From an uncultured Candidatus Rokubacteria bacterium (lineage in GTDB: Bacteria > Methylomirabilota > Methylomirabilia > Rokubacteriales > CSP1-6), in assembly GCA_963762145.1 (NCBI GenBank), contig CAVXJS010000014.1, positions 416,001-480,000 on the forward strand: a stretch of 64,000 bases of DNA, given 5' to 3'. The notes beneath the pieces are model-generated. The model ran no database searches. It saw only the letters and a program-made list of their open reading frames with translations, and was not told where the DNA came from. The position numbers were made by a program, and so were the translations under genes. Of the stretch, positions 27,873-37,123 are shown piece after piece. Every line of letters starts with the position of its first letter. Position 1 is the stretch's first letter.

Positions 27873-28868
27873 ATGGCCAAGCTCAAGTTCGGCGCCTGGA
27901 TTCCCACCTACGCGTGGAGCGGCAAGAAGACGGATCCGAAGAACATGCGGCGGATCCGCGACTCCATCGTGAAGTGCGAGAAGTACGGCATCGACGTCTG
28001 GGTGATCGACCACCTGCTGTCCGCGCCCGGCCTCTACGGCAACGCCTGGCTCGAGCCGCTCTCCTCGCTCGCCTACGCGGCGGCGCTGACCGCGAAGGTG
28101 GACATCGCCACCGGCATCCTGGTGCTGCCGGTGCGCCACCCGGTGCTGCTGGCCAAGGAGATCTCGACCCTCTGCCACCTCTCGAACAACCGCTACGTGT
28201 TCGGGGTGGGTCCCGGCTGGTACGCGCGCGAGTACGAGGTGACCGGCTCCCGCATCCAGGAGCGCGGCAAGCGCACCGACGAGATCATCGAGGCGGTGAC
28301 CCTGCTGCTCACCAAGCCGAACGCGAGCTACCACGGCAAGTTCTACCACTTCGACGACGTGACGATCGATCCGCGGCCGCCCAAGATGCCGAAGATCTGG
28401 GTTTCGGGCGGCTCGCGCGTGCCCGATCCGGGCGAGCACGACGTGCCGGTCATCGCGACCACCGTGATGGACCGCATCGTCCGAGCCGGCAACTGGCTCT
28501 CGCGCTGCTCGGGCACGCAGGAGTGGGTCAAGCGGGACTGGGGGCTGCTGCAGCAGCACTGCAAGACCCTCGGCCGCGATCCGAAGAAGCTCACGTTCGG
28601 GCACTGCAACTTCATCCACCTGGTGGACACCCCGAGCCACGCCAAGGCGGTGGCCGCGTCGAAGGCCCCCTTCATCAAGACGATGGGCACGCACCGGACC
28701 TACGAGCACCTGCAGGAGTCGTACATGATCGGGTCGATCGATCACATCAACACGCGGATCGACGATCTGGTGAAGGCGGGGCTCAAGTACCTCGTGCTGG
28801 GGCCGGTGACGGACGACCCGGCGCAGATCGACCTGATGGCCAAGAAGGTCATGCCGCACTTCAAGTAG
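27873..28868 (+). CDS. LLM class flavin-dependent oxidoreductase
   Basis: WVIDH, EP, LPVRHPVLLAK, GVGPGW and IWVSG motifs. Confidence 0.9.
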   Translation: MAKLKFGAWIPTYAWSGKKTDPKNMRRIRDSIVKCEKYGIDVWVIDHLLSAPGLYGNAWLEPLSSLAYAAALTAKVDIATGILVLPVRHPVLLAKEISTLCHLSNNRYVFGVGPGWYAREYEVTGSRIQERGKRTDEIIEAVTLLLTKPNASYHGKFYHFDDVTIDPRPPKMPKIWVSGGSRVPDPGEHDVPVIATTVMDRIVRAGNWLSRCSGTQEWVKRDWGLLQQHCKTLGRDPKKLTFGHCNFIHLVDTPSHAKAVAASKAPFIKTMGTHRTYEHLQESYMIGSIDHINTRIDDLVKAGLKYLVLGPVTDDPAQIDLMAKKVMPHFK

Positions 28869-28881
28869 AGGCGTCCCGCCC

Positions 28882-29817
28882 ATGCGCTACGGCTTCTACC
28901 TCCCCACCCGCGGCCAGACCGCGTCTCCCGAGGCGCTCGAGACCCTGCTCGCGCGCGGGGAGGCGCTCGGCTTCTCCTCGGTGGTGATCGCGGACCACAT
29001 CGTGTTTCCGGTCACGATCAAGTCGAAGTATCCGTACACCGTGAGCGGGGCGTTCCCCGGGCAGGGCGACGCGCTCGAGCAGCTCTCGCTGATGGCCTTC
29101 GTGGCGGGCAAGACGCGCACCCTGCGGCTCATCAGCAGCGTGATGATCCTGCCCCACCGCAACCCGGTGGTGACCGCCAAGATGCTCGCCACCATCGACG
29201 TGCTCTCCCGCGGGCGCGTCACGGTGGGGGTCGGGGTGGGCTGGCTGCGCGAGGAGTTCGAGGCGCTCGGCGCGCCGGATTTCGACCGGCGCGGCGCGGT
29301 GAGCGACGAGTACCTCCGCATCTTCAAGGCGCTGTGGACGCAGGATCCGGCCTCGTACCGCGGGGAGTTCTATCGGTTCGACTCGATTCGCTGCGTGCCC
29401 CATCCGGTGCAGAAGCCACACCCGCCGATCTGGATCGGCGGACACAGCAAGGCGGCGCTCCGGCGCGTGGCGCGCCTGGGCGACGGCTGGCATCCGGTCG
29501 GCGCCAATCCGGCCGCGCCGCTGCGCCCGGCCGAGATGCGCGCGCTGCTCGACGAGCTGGCCCGCCTCACCGAGGCGGAGGGGCGCGATCCCGCCGCCCT
29601 GACCATCTCCTACAAGGCGCCGATCTACGACGCGGGGCAGGGGGTGGACGGCGGCGCGGAGCGGCGGCCCTTCTCGGGGAGCCAGCAGGCCATCGCCGAC
29701 GACATCGGCACCTTCGCCGGGCTCGGGGTGAGCGAGCTGATCTTCGACTTCCGCAGCGAGAGCCTCACCGAGAGCCTCGACCGCATGTCCCGCTTCGCCC
29801 CCCTGATCCGCCCCTGA
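28882..29817 (+). CDS. LLM class (probably F420-dependent) oxidoreductase
   Basis: ADHIVFP, YPY, HRNPVVTAK, GVGWLREEF, PPIWIGG and GDGW motifs. Confidence 0.9.
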   Translation: MRYGFYLPTRGQTASPEALETLLARGEALGFSSVVIADHIVFPVTIKSKYPYTVSGAFPGQGDALEQLSLMAFVAGKTRTLRLISSVMILPHRNPVVTAKMLATIDVLSRGRVTVGVGVGWLREEFEALGAPDFDRRGAVSDEYLRIFKALWTQDPASYRGEFYRFDSIRCVPHPVQKPHPPIWIGGHSKAALRRVARLGDGWHPVGANPAAPLRPAEMRALLDELARLTEAEGRDPAALTISYKAPIYDAGQGVDGGAERRPFSGSQQAIADDIGTFAGLGVSELIFDFRSESLTESLDRMSRFAPLIRP

Positions 29818-29823
29818 TTCTCT

Positions 29824-29886
29824 CCTTCTCCCCTCTGGGGAGAGGGCAGGGTGAGGGGCCCAGGGTGAGGGGCACCGGGTGAGGGG
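29824..29886 (+). repeat. REP-like family C, copy 2, with GGGTGAGGGG repeated three times at a 14-bp period
   Basis: CCTTCTCCCCTCTGGGGAGAGGGCAGGGTGAGGGG plus two more GGGTGAGGGG units, between convergent stops. Confidence 0.8.
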
Positions 29887-30748
29887 CTACCCCAGCCGCG
29901 GATCCAGGAGATCCCGCAGCCCGTCCCCCAGCAGGTTGGCCCCCAGCACGACGAGCGAGATCGTCAATCCGGGGTACGGTGGCGAGCCACCACGCGTTCG
30001 AGAGATAGTCGCGGCCCTCGGAGAGCATGAGCCCCCACGACGGCCGCGGGGCCTGGATCCCCATCCCGAGGAAGCTCAGCCCCGACTCGAGCAGGACCAT
30101 CGTGGCGAACTGGCTCGAGCCGATGACGAGAATCGGGGCGAGCGTGTTGGGGAGGATGTGCCGGGCGATGATCCGGAGGTCGCTGGCTCCGAGGGTGTAG
30201 GCGGCCTCCACGAACTCGAGGCGGCGGATCGTGAGCACGTTGGCGCGCACCGTCCGCGCGTAGAGCACCCACCCGCTGAGCGCGAGCACGCCCACCAGCG
30301 CCGCCGGGCTCGTGCCCACCACCGCCACGATGGCGATCGCGAGCATGATGACGGGCAGCGCGAGCTGGACGTCGGCCAGGCGCATGAACAGCGCGTCCAC
30401 CCGCTCGCCGCCGGAGCCCGCCACGAGACCCACCACGATGCCCACCGCGGCCGCGATGAGGACGGAGACCGCGGCGAGGGCGAGCGAGATCCGGCCGCCG
30501 TGCAGCAGGCGGGCGAGGATGTCGCGGCCGAGGTTGTCGGTGCCCAGGACGTGCGCGGGCGTGCCCCCGAGCCCCCAGGGCGGCGCGAGCCGCCGGCTGA
30601 ACTGCGGCTTCACCGGATCGGCGGGCGCGAGCACCGGCGCGAGCACGCTCGCGAGCACCGTGAGCGCGAGCAGGAGCCCGCCGACTACCGCGGTCGCGTT
30701 TCCCCGGCGCGGGCGAAGCGTCTCGGGCGCGGCCTCGGGCGCGTTCAC
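29887..30748 (-). CDS. Peptide ABC permease (DppC-like), frameshift near 29972
   Basis: LGTDNLGRD, EFVEAA and LSFLGMG; the canonical end ANLLGDGLRDLLDPRLG* lies in a shifted frame. Confidence 0.9.
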
Positions 30749-31665
30749 GAGTAGCGGATCCGGGGATCGATCACGGTGTAGAGCAGGTCCACCAGCAGGT
30801 TGATCAGGACGAAGATGGTGGCCGAGAAGATCAGCACCGTCTGCACCACCGGGAAGTCGCGGAAGAAGATCGCGTCCACCACCAGCTTGCCCATCCCGGG
30901 CCACGCGAACACCGACTCGGTGATGACCGCGCCGCCCAGCAGCGTGCCGATCTGGAGCCCGAGCACGGTGAGGACCGGCACCGCCGCGTTCCGCAGCGCG
31001 TGCCGGAGCACCACCGCCCGCTCGGCGAGGCCCTTGGCGCGGCCGGTGCGGATGTAGTCGCGCCCCAGGATCTCGAGCATGCTGGAGCGGGTGAGGCGGG
31101 CCACCAGCGCCATCGGGAACGCGGCCAGGGTCACCGCGGGGAGGATGAGATGGCGCCAGCTCTCGAACCCGGAGGTGGGCAGCCAGCGCAGCGCGACCCC
31201 GAAGAGCAGGATCAGCATGATGCCGAGCCAGAAGTTCGGCAGCGACTGGCCGAGCACCGCGAAGACGGTGCTCGCGAAGTCGTAGCGGGTGCCCCGGTGC
31301 ACCGCGGCCACGATGCCGAGGGAGACGCCCACCGCGCCGGTGAGGAACATCGCGGCCAGCGCGAGCTGGGCGGTGGCGGCCAGCCGGTCGGCGACGACCT
31401 GGAGCGCGGGCGCCCGGTACTGGAAGGACTGGCCGAAGTCGCCCCGGAAGACACTCCGGATGAAGATGGCGTACTGGACGTGCAGCGGCTCGCGCAGGCC
31501 GAGGTGCCGGTTCAGCTCGTCCACCGCGGACTGGGGCGCGCCCTCCGGGAGCAGCATCTTGGCCGGATCGCCGGGCAAGACGCGGAGCACGAGGAAGACG
31601 AGGACCGAGACGCCGAGGAGCGTCAGGGCCGCCTGGCCGAGCCGGCGAAGGACGTAGGCTCTCAT
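30745..31665 (-). CDS. Peptide ABC permease (DppB-like)
   Basis: PGDPA, GDFGQS, RAKGL, HALRNA and DPRIR motifs. Confidence 0.95.
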   Translation of the reverse strand: MRAYVLRRLGQAALTLLGVSVLVFLVLRVLPGDPAKMLLPEGAPQSAVDELNRHLGLREPLHVQYAIFIRSVFRGDFGQSFQYRAPALQVVADRLAATAQLALAAMFLTGAVGVSLGIVAAVHRGTRYDFASTVFAVLGQSLPNFWLGIMLILLFGVALRWLPTSGFESWRHLILPAVTLAAFPMALVARLTRSSMLEILGRDYIRTGRAKGLAERAVVLRHALRNAAVPVLTVLGLQIGTLLGGAVITESVFAWPGMGKLVVDAIFFRDFPVVQTVLIFSATIFVLINLLVDLLYTVIDPRIRYS

Positions 31666-31725
31666 TTCGAGGAGTCCAGGGCCGCGCCCGGTTGCCCGCC
31701 GACCCCTGCCGCGCCCGGCACCCGG

Positions 31726-33258
31726 CTACGCGATCGCGACGTCACTCAGCAGCACGTAGTAGTCCCGGCGCGGCTCGAAGTTGCGCAGGCGATCGCTGAC
31801 CCCGTAGATCGCGACGCTGTAGTAGGGCCAGATCTCGGCGTCCTCGTCCCACAGGATGCGCTCGAGCTCCTCGTACTTGGCCTGACGCACCTTCGGATCC
31901 GGCACCCGGCCCTCCGCGATCAGCTGCTCCACGCGCGGGTTGTTGTAACGGGTGAGCTTCTCGGCGCCCGCCCGCGTGAACCACTGGCCGAAGTACCAGT
32001 CCGGATCGTGCGGCATGTGGGCCCAGCCGGAGAAGAACATGTCGTACGTCCCCGCGCTCCGGTGCTCCCGCGCGGTCGCGATCTCGAGGTTCTTGATGTT
32101 GACCTTGATGCCCACCTCGCCGAGCATGGCCGCCACCGCCTGGGTGATCTCGAGCTGCTTCGGGTAGAGGTCCTTCATCAGCACGAAGTCGAGCGAGACG
32201 TTGGTGTAGCCGGCCTGCTTCAGGATCTGGCGCGCCTTCTCGGGATCGTAGGGCTTGGGCGGCAGGCTGGTGTGGCCGATCAGCCCGGGCGGAACCGGGC
32301 TGTCCACCGGCCGGCCGTAGCCCAGCAGCAGCTCCTTGATGATCACGTTCCGGTCGATGGCGAGCGAGATCGCCTGCCGCAGCCGCGCGTCCTTCACCGG
32401 CTCCTTGGCGAGCTGGAAGATCCAGCGCTGGGCCTCGACCGCGGGCACGTCGAACACCTTCACCCCGCGGCTGCTCTTGAGCGTCTCGACCAGGTCGGGG
32501 GTGACGCGGTCCACCACGTGGATCTCGCCCGCGCGCAGCCCCGCGGCGCGGGTGGAGAGCTCGGGGATGAAGCGGAACGTGACCTTCTCGACCCGCGGCT
32601 GGGCGGGCTTCCAGTAGCTCGGGTTGGCCGAGAGCACGATGTGGTCGCCGTGCGTCCACGACACGAAGCGGAACGGGCCGGTGCCGATCGGCTTCTGGAA
32701 GAACGCCTCCTCGTTCTTGCCCGCGTGCGCCGGCAGCATGCCGAGCATGGTGAGGTGCGCGGGCAGGGAGCCGAACGGCCGCTTGGACGTGACGGTGACC
32801 GTGTAGTCCCCGTCCTTCTCCACCGATTCGATGTCCTGGTACACGAAGGACTTGATGAGCTTGGTGTTGTCCTTCACCCGACGCAGCGTGAACAGCACGC
32901 TGTCCGCGTTGAACGGGGTGCCGTCGTGGAAGCTGACGTTTTTCCGGAGATTGAACCGCCAGGTGGTGTTGTTGATCGCGCGCCAGGATTCGGCCAGCGC
33001 GGGCACGAACTTCGAGTCGTTGGTGACGTCCACCAGCGGATCGAACATGTGCCGGTGCACCGAGGTGGCGGAGATGGAGTAGTGATTGGCCGGGTCGAGG
33101 GTCAGCATGCGCTCGGAGAGCCCGGCGACGAGCTCGCCGCTCCGCTTGCCCTGCGCGCGGGCCGCGCGCGGCAGGCCGGCCGCGGCCAGGCCGGCCGCGC
33201 TCAGGGTCAGGAACTGCCGTCGGCCTACCGGGTGGGACGCTGCCGAGCTCTTGCGCAT
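31726..33258 (-). CDS. Peptide ABC substrate-binding protein, Tat-exported
   Basis: GRRQFL; PALAESW, FHDGTPFNADSV and GTGPF. Confidence 0.93.
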   Translation of the reverse strand: MRKSSAASHPVGRRQFLTLSAAGLAAAGLPRAARAQGKRSGELVAGLSERMLTLDPANHYSISATSVHRHMFDPLVDVTNDSKFVPALAESWRAINNTTWRFNLRKNVSFHDGTPFNADSVLFTLRRVKDNTKLIKSFVYQDIESVEKDGDYTVTVTSKRPFGSLPAHLTMLGMLPAHAGKNEEAFFQKPIGTGPFRFVSWTHGDHIVLSANPSYWKPAQPRVEKVTFRFIPELSTRAAGLRAGEIHVVDRVTPDLVETLKSSRGVKVFDVPAVEAQRWIFQLAKEPVKDARLRQAISLAIDRNVIIKELLLGYGRPVDSPVPPGLIGHTSLPPKPYDPEKARQILKQAGYTNVSLDFVLMKDLYPKQLEITQAVAAMLGEVGIKVNIKNLEIATAREHRSAGTYDMFFSGWAHMPHDPDWYFGQWFTRAGAEKLTRYNNPRVEQLIAEGRVPDPKVRQAKYEELERILWDEDAEIWPYYSVAIYGVSDRLRNFEPRRDYYVLLSDVAIA

Positions 33259-33388
33259 GGGGGACTCCTCCTGTGGGCCTGGGTGTAAGTCATCGGCCCC
33301 GCGCTGTCAAGGCCGCCCGGGGCCGACTGGTTGCTCTCGCCCACGGACCCGTCTACTCTATGCCCCGTCGCCGACAAGGAGATCTCCC

Positions 33389-33595
33389 ATGGCCGAGCAG
33401 ACCCCTGACATCACGATGGACGAGGTGAAGGAGCGCGTGCGCCTCGCCGGTCTCTCCATCCCCGCGAACCGCCTGTCCGTGGTCCGCGGCTTCCTGGTCA
33501 ACGCCCTGCGGCCCATCCGGGCTCTGGACAGCCGGGCGATCCGGACGGTGGAGCCGGCGGTGACCTTTGACGCCAAGGGCGGGAGCGGATCATGA
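33389..33595 (+). CDS. Small GatC/AtzG-like amidase partner (68 aa)
   Basis: AAGGAG RBS; RLAGLSIP...EPAVTF; ATGA overlap with the amidase. Confidence 0.7.
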   Translation: MAEQTPDITMDEVKERVRLAGLSIPANRLSVVRGFLVNALRPIRALDSRAIRTVEPAVTFDAKGGSGS

Positions 33596-34983
33596 GCGCC
33601 GACGAGCTCGGTTACGCGGGCATCCGGGAGCTGGGCGGCCTCTTCCGCCGCGGCGAGCTTTCGCCGGTGGACTACGCCACCGACCAGATCCGCCGCATCG
33701 AGACGCTCGACAAGAGCCTCAACGCCTACGTGACGGTCACCGCGGAGCGCGCCCTCGCCGACGCCCGCGCCGCGGAGGCCGCGCTCAAGCGGGGCGACGC
33801 GGGACCGCTCACCGGCATCCCGATCGCGTACAAGGATCTCTACGCGACGAAGGGGATCCTCACCACCGCGGGCTCCGCGCTCCTGGCCGACTGGGTGCCC
33901 GACTTCGACTGCACGTGCGTGACCCGGCTGCAGCAGGCCGGCATGGTCATGCTCGGCAAGCTGATCACCCACGAGTTCGCCTTCGGGATCCAGTTCCCGG
34001 GCCATCGCTTCCCGCCCGCCCGCAACCCGTGGAACCTCGATCACATCCCGGGCGGCTCGAGCAGCGGCTCCGGCGCGGCGCTGGCCGCCGGCATGGCGGT
34101 GGGCGCGCTCGGCTCCGATACCGGCGGGTCCATCCGGGGCCCGGCCGCCTTCTGCGGCATCGCCGGGCTCAAGCCGACCTACGGGCGCGTCAGCCGCGCG
34201 GGCGTGGTCACGCTGTCGTGGACGCTCGACCACACCGGCCCCATGGCGCGCTCCGCGGAGGACTGCGCCTTCATGCTGCAGGCCCTCGCCGGCCACGACC
34301 CGGCCGATCCCGCCTCCGCCCGCGAGCCGGTGGCGGACTACCTGACCGCCCTCGAGGGCGGCGTCAAGGGCCTCCGGGTCGGGGTGGTGCGCGACTACTT
34401 CTTCGAGCAGGTGGAGCCGGAGACGGTGGCCGCCTTCGAGCGCGCGGCGGGCGAGCTGGGACGGCTCGGCGCCACCGTGCGGGACGTGACCATCCCGAGC
34501 ATCCACGCCACGCCGTCCTTCATGGTGATCATGCTCGCCGAGGCATTCGCCTATCACGAGCGTGACCTGCGCACCCGTCCCGAGCTCTACGGCGACGTGC
34601 TGCGCGAGAAGCTGATGGCGGGCGGGCTCTTCCGGGCGGACGAGTACGTCCAGGCCCAGCGCCTGCGGGCCCAGATCCGGGAGGACACCGAGCGCGTCCT
34701 GCAAACGGTGGACGTGCTGATCACGCCCACCGCGCTCGGGCCGGCGCCCGCGTTCAAGGTCGTCCTCGATCCGGACTTCCCGTTCGCCAAGAGCAACATG
34801 GGGCCATTCAACATCACCGGCCTGCCCACGCTGGCGCTGCCGACCGGCTTCTCCTCCACCGGCCTGCCGCTGTCGTTCCAGATCTCGGGCCGGCCCTTCG
34901 ACGAGGCCACCGTGCTGCGCGCGGGCCACGCCTATCAGCGGGCGACGGACTGGCATCGCCGCCGGCCGCCGGTGCGCGCATGA
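33592..34983 (+). CDS. Amidase signature family protein
   Basis: AYKD, NPW, PGGSSSGS and GSDTGGSIR (Ser-cisSer-Lys triad). Confidence 0.95.
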   Translation: MSADELGYAGIRELGGLFRRGELSPVDYATDQIRRIETLDKSLNAYVTVTAERALADARAAEAALKRGDAGPLTGIPIAYKDLYATKGILTTAGSALLADWVPDFDCTCVTRLQQAGMVMLGKLITHEFAFGIQFPGHRFPPARNPWNLDHIPGGSSSGSGAALAAGMAVGALGSDTGGSIRGPAAFCGIAGLKPTYGRVSRAGVVTLSWTLDHTGPMARSAEDCAFMLQALAGHDPADPASAREPVADYLTALEGGVKGLRVGVVRDYFFEQVEPETVAAFERAAGELGRLGATVRDVTIPSIHATPSFMVIMLAEAFAYHERDLRTRPELYGDVLREKLMAGGLFRADEYVQAQRLRAQIREDTERVLQTVDVLITPTALGPAPAFKVVLDPDFPFAKSNMGPFNITGLPTLALPTGFSSTGLPLSFQISGRPFDEATVLRAGHAYQRATDWHRRRPPVRA

Positions 34984-35858
34984 CCACGGTCGGAGCATCG
35001 GGCGCCGCGCTCGACGATCTGAAGGCGTACGTCGGCCGGCGCGAGAGCGCGACCGACGTGGTCACCGCGGCGCCCGCCAACCTGCTGCGCCTGACCTTCG
35101 GCCGCGACGAGCGCGAGCTCGGGCCGGGCGATCCGCTGCCGCCGGGCTGGCAGTCGCTCTACTTCCTCCCGCGCTTTCCGCCCGAGGCGCTGCGTCCGGA
35201 CGGCAGCCCGCTCGACACCGGCGTGATCCCGCCGATGCCGCTGCCCCGCCGCATGTTCGCGGGCGAGCGCTTCCGCTTCCACCATCCGCTGCGCATCGGC
35301 GATACCGTGCGCCGCGAGACCGAGCTGGCCGACATCGCGGTCAAGACGGGCGGCACCGGCACGCTCGTCTTCGCCACCGTGGCCCAGCGCATCTTCGTGG
35401 GGCCGGCGCTGGCCATCGAGGAGGAGCGCCGCACCGTATTTCGCGAGGAGGTCCGGGCGGGTGAGCGCAACCAGGCGCCGCGCCGGGAGACCGCGCCCGA
35501 CGACGTGCCCTGGCGGCGGCGGATCGTGCCGGACCCGGTCCTGCTCTTCCGCTTCTCCGCCCTGACCTTCAACAGCCACCGCATCCACTACGACCGACCC
35601 TGGGCTATGGAGCGCGAAGGATACACCGGGTTGGTGGTCCACGGTCCGCTCACCTCCACGCTGCTGATCGATTTCGCACGCGACCACAATCCGGGCCGCG
35701 TCTTCACGGGCTACGAGACCCAGGCCCGGGCCCCCCTCTTCGATACCGCGCCCTTCGAGCTGCGCGGCCGTCCCACCGCGGACGGTCGCGGCGCCGAGAT
35801 GTGGGCCGTGACCCCCGAGGGCACGGTGGCCATGAGTGCCCGGGCCGAGCTCGCGTGA
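34980..35858 (+). CDS. Double hot-dog (MaoC/HTD2-like) acyl-CoA hydratase
   Basis: RRMFAG, LFRFSALTFNSHRIHYD and LVVHGPL motifs. Confidence 0.88.
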   Translation: MTTVGASGAALDDLKAYVGRRESATDVVTAAPANLLRLTFGRDERELGPGDPLPPGWQSLYFLPRFPPEALRPDGSPLDTGVIPPMPLPRRMFAGERFRFHHPLRIGDTVRRETELADIAVKTGGTGTLVFATVAQRIFVGPALAIEEERRTVFREEVRAGERNQAPRRETAPDDVPWRRRIVPDPVLLFRFSALTFNSHRIHYDRPWAMEREGYTGLVVHGPLTSTLLIDFARDHNPGRVFTGYETQARAPLFDTAPFELRGRPTADGRGAEMWAVTPEGTVAMSARAELA

Positions 35859-35891
35859 CGGATCTCTCGACGAAAGAAAGGACGACCGACG

Positions 35892-36281
35892 ATGGCCGAT
35901 GAGCTCGAGCTGCGGATGGACGCGACCGCTCTCTATCGCGAGGAGACCTACACCGATCGTCGCATCGGCATCATCCGGGTGATGACGCCGGTGAAGACGG
36001 ACGGCTCGATCGACCTCGCCCGCAAGATCCTCTACGTGGGCGAGGCCCAGCTCCTCTCGCCGATGGGCGCCCTGCCGATCACCTTCGAGATCGACGCGAC
36101 CTCGCTCGGCGACGCGGCCGAGAAGTTCGCGGAGGGCGCCAAGGTGGGCGTCGAGCGCGCGATCCGCGAGCTGCAGGAGCTGCGCCGGGAGCAGTCCTCC
36201 AACATCGTCATTCCCGACCGCATGCCGCCCGACATCGGTGGCCGAGGCGGACCGCGGGGCCCGGGCCGCATCCAGCTCTGA
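35892..36281 (+). CDS. Conserved hypothetical protein
   Basis: AAAGGA RBS, strong codon bias; LYREETYTD...GALPITFEI. Confidence 0.8.
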   Translation: MADELELRMDATALYREETYTDRRIGIIRVMTPVKTDGSIDLARKILYVGEAQLLSPMGALPITFEIDATSLGDAAEKFAEGAKVGVERAIRELQELRREQSSNIVIPDRMPPDIGGRGGPRGPGRIQL

Positions 36282-36291
36282 TCGCGTCGGC

Positions 36292-37107
36292 ATGAACCTG
36301 CTGCGGCCGATCGACCGGACCGTCACCGTCCAGGGCCTGCGCTTCCACGTGCTCGACTGGGGTGGGGAGGGCCGCACCCCGCTCCTGCTCCTGCACGGCT
36401 TCACCGGGCACGCGCACGCCTGGGACACGCTCGCCATCGCCCTGCAGCCCCACTTCCACGTCTACGCACTCGACCAGCGCGGCCACGGCGACAGCGATCC
36501 CGCCGAGGTCTACGGACCGATCGCGGCGTTCGACGATCTGAGCGGCGTGATCGATCAGCTCGGCCTCGCCCCCCTCGTCATCGTCGGCCTCTCCATGGGC
36601 GGGCGGAACGCGATGTACTTCGCGTCCAAGCGCCCCGAGTCGGTGCAGAAGCTGGTGATCCTGGATATCGGACCGGTGGTCAGTACCCGCGCGGCGCAGG
36701 CCCCGCCCGGCCCGCCCGAGCCCGAGTTCTGGGACAGCATCGAGCAGGCGGCCCAGCATCTCTTCCGCGGCAACCCGTATCCCGGCATCCACTACTACCG
36801 CTGGGTGGCGGCCCAGAGCCTGCGGCAGCGGGCGGACGGGCGCATCGTGTGGGCGTGGCACCCGAGCGTGAAGACGCGGCGCTCGACGGTGGAGGTGGAC
36901 TGGTGGGCGGCGCTGCGGGCGATCCCGGTGCCGACCCTGGTGCTGCGCGGCGAGGAGAGCCCGATCCTCGATCGCGACGTGGCCCTCCGCATGGCCCGGG
37001 AGCTGCCGCAGGGCCACTTCGTCGAGATCCCGCGCGCGGTGCACACGCTGCACGAGGACAATCCGGACGCGGTGCTCGCCGCGCTCAAGACGTTCCTCGG
37101 CTTCTAG
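36292..37107 (+). CDS. Alpha/beta hydrolase
   Basis: LLHG, DQRGHGDS, GLSMGG and a C-terminal His. Confidence 0.9.
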   Translation: MNLLRPIDRTVTVQGLRFHVLDWGGEGRTPLLLLHGFTGHAHAWDTLAIALQPHFHVYALDQRGHGDSDPAEVYGPIAAFDDLSGVIDQLGLAPLVIVGLSMGGRNAMYFASKRPESVQKLVILDIGPVVSTRAAQAPPGPPEPEFWDSIEQAAQHLFRGNPYPGIHYYRWVAAQSLRQRADGRIVWAWHPSVKTRRSTVEVDWWAALRAIPVPTLVLRGEESPILDRDVALRMARELPQGHFVEIPRAVHTLHEDNPDAVLAALKTFLGF

Positions 37108-37123
37108 ATCGGAGGCTCACGCG

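Noticed and set aside
33389-34983. gatC-gatA of the tRNA-dependent amidotransferase
   Set aside because: No gatB follows and the context is catabolic; better read as a general amidase with a small partner
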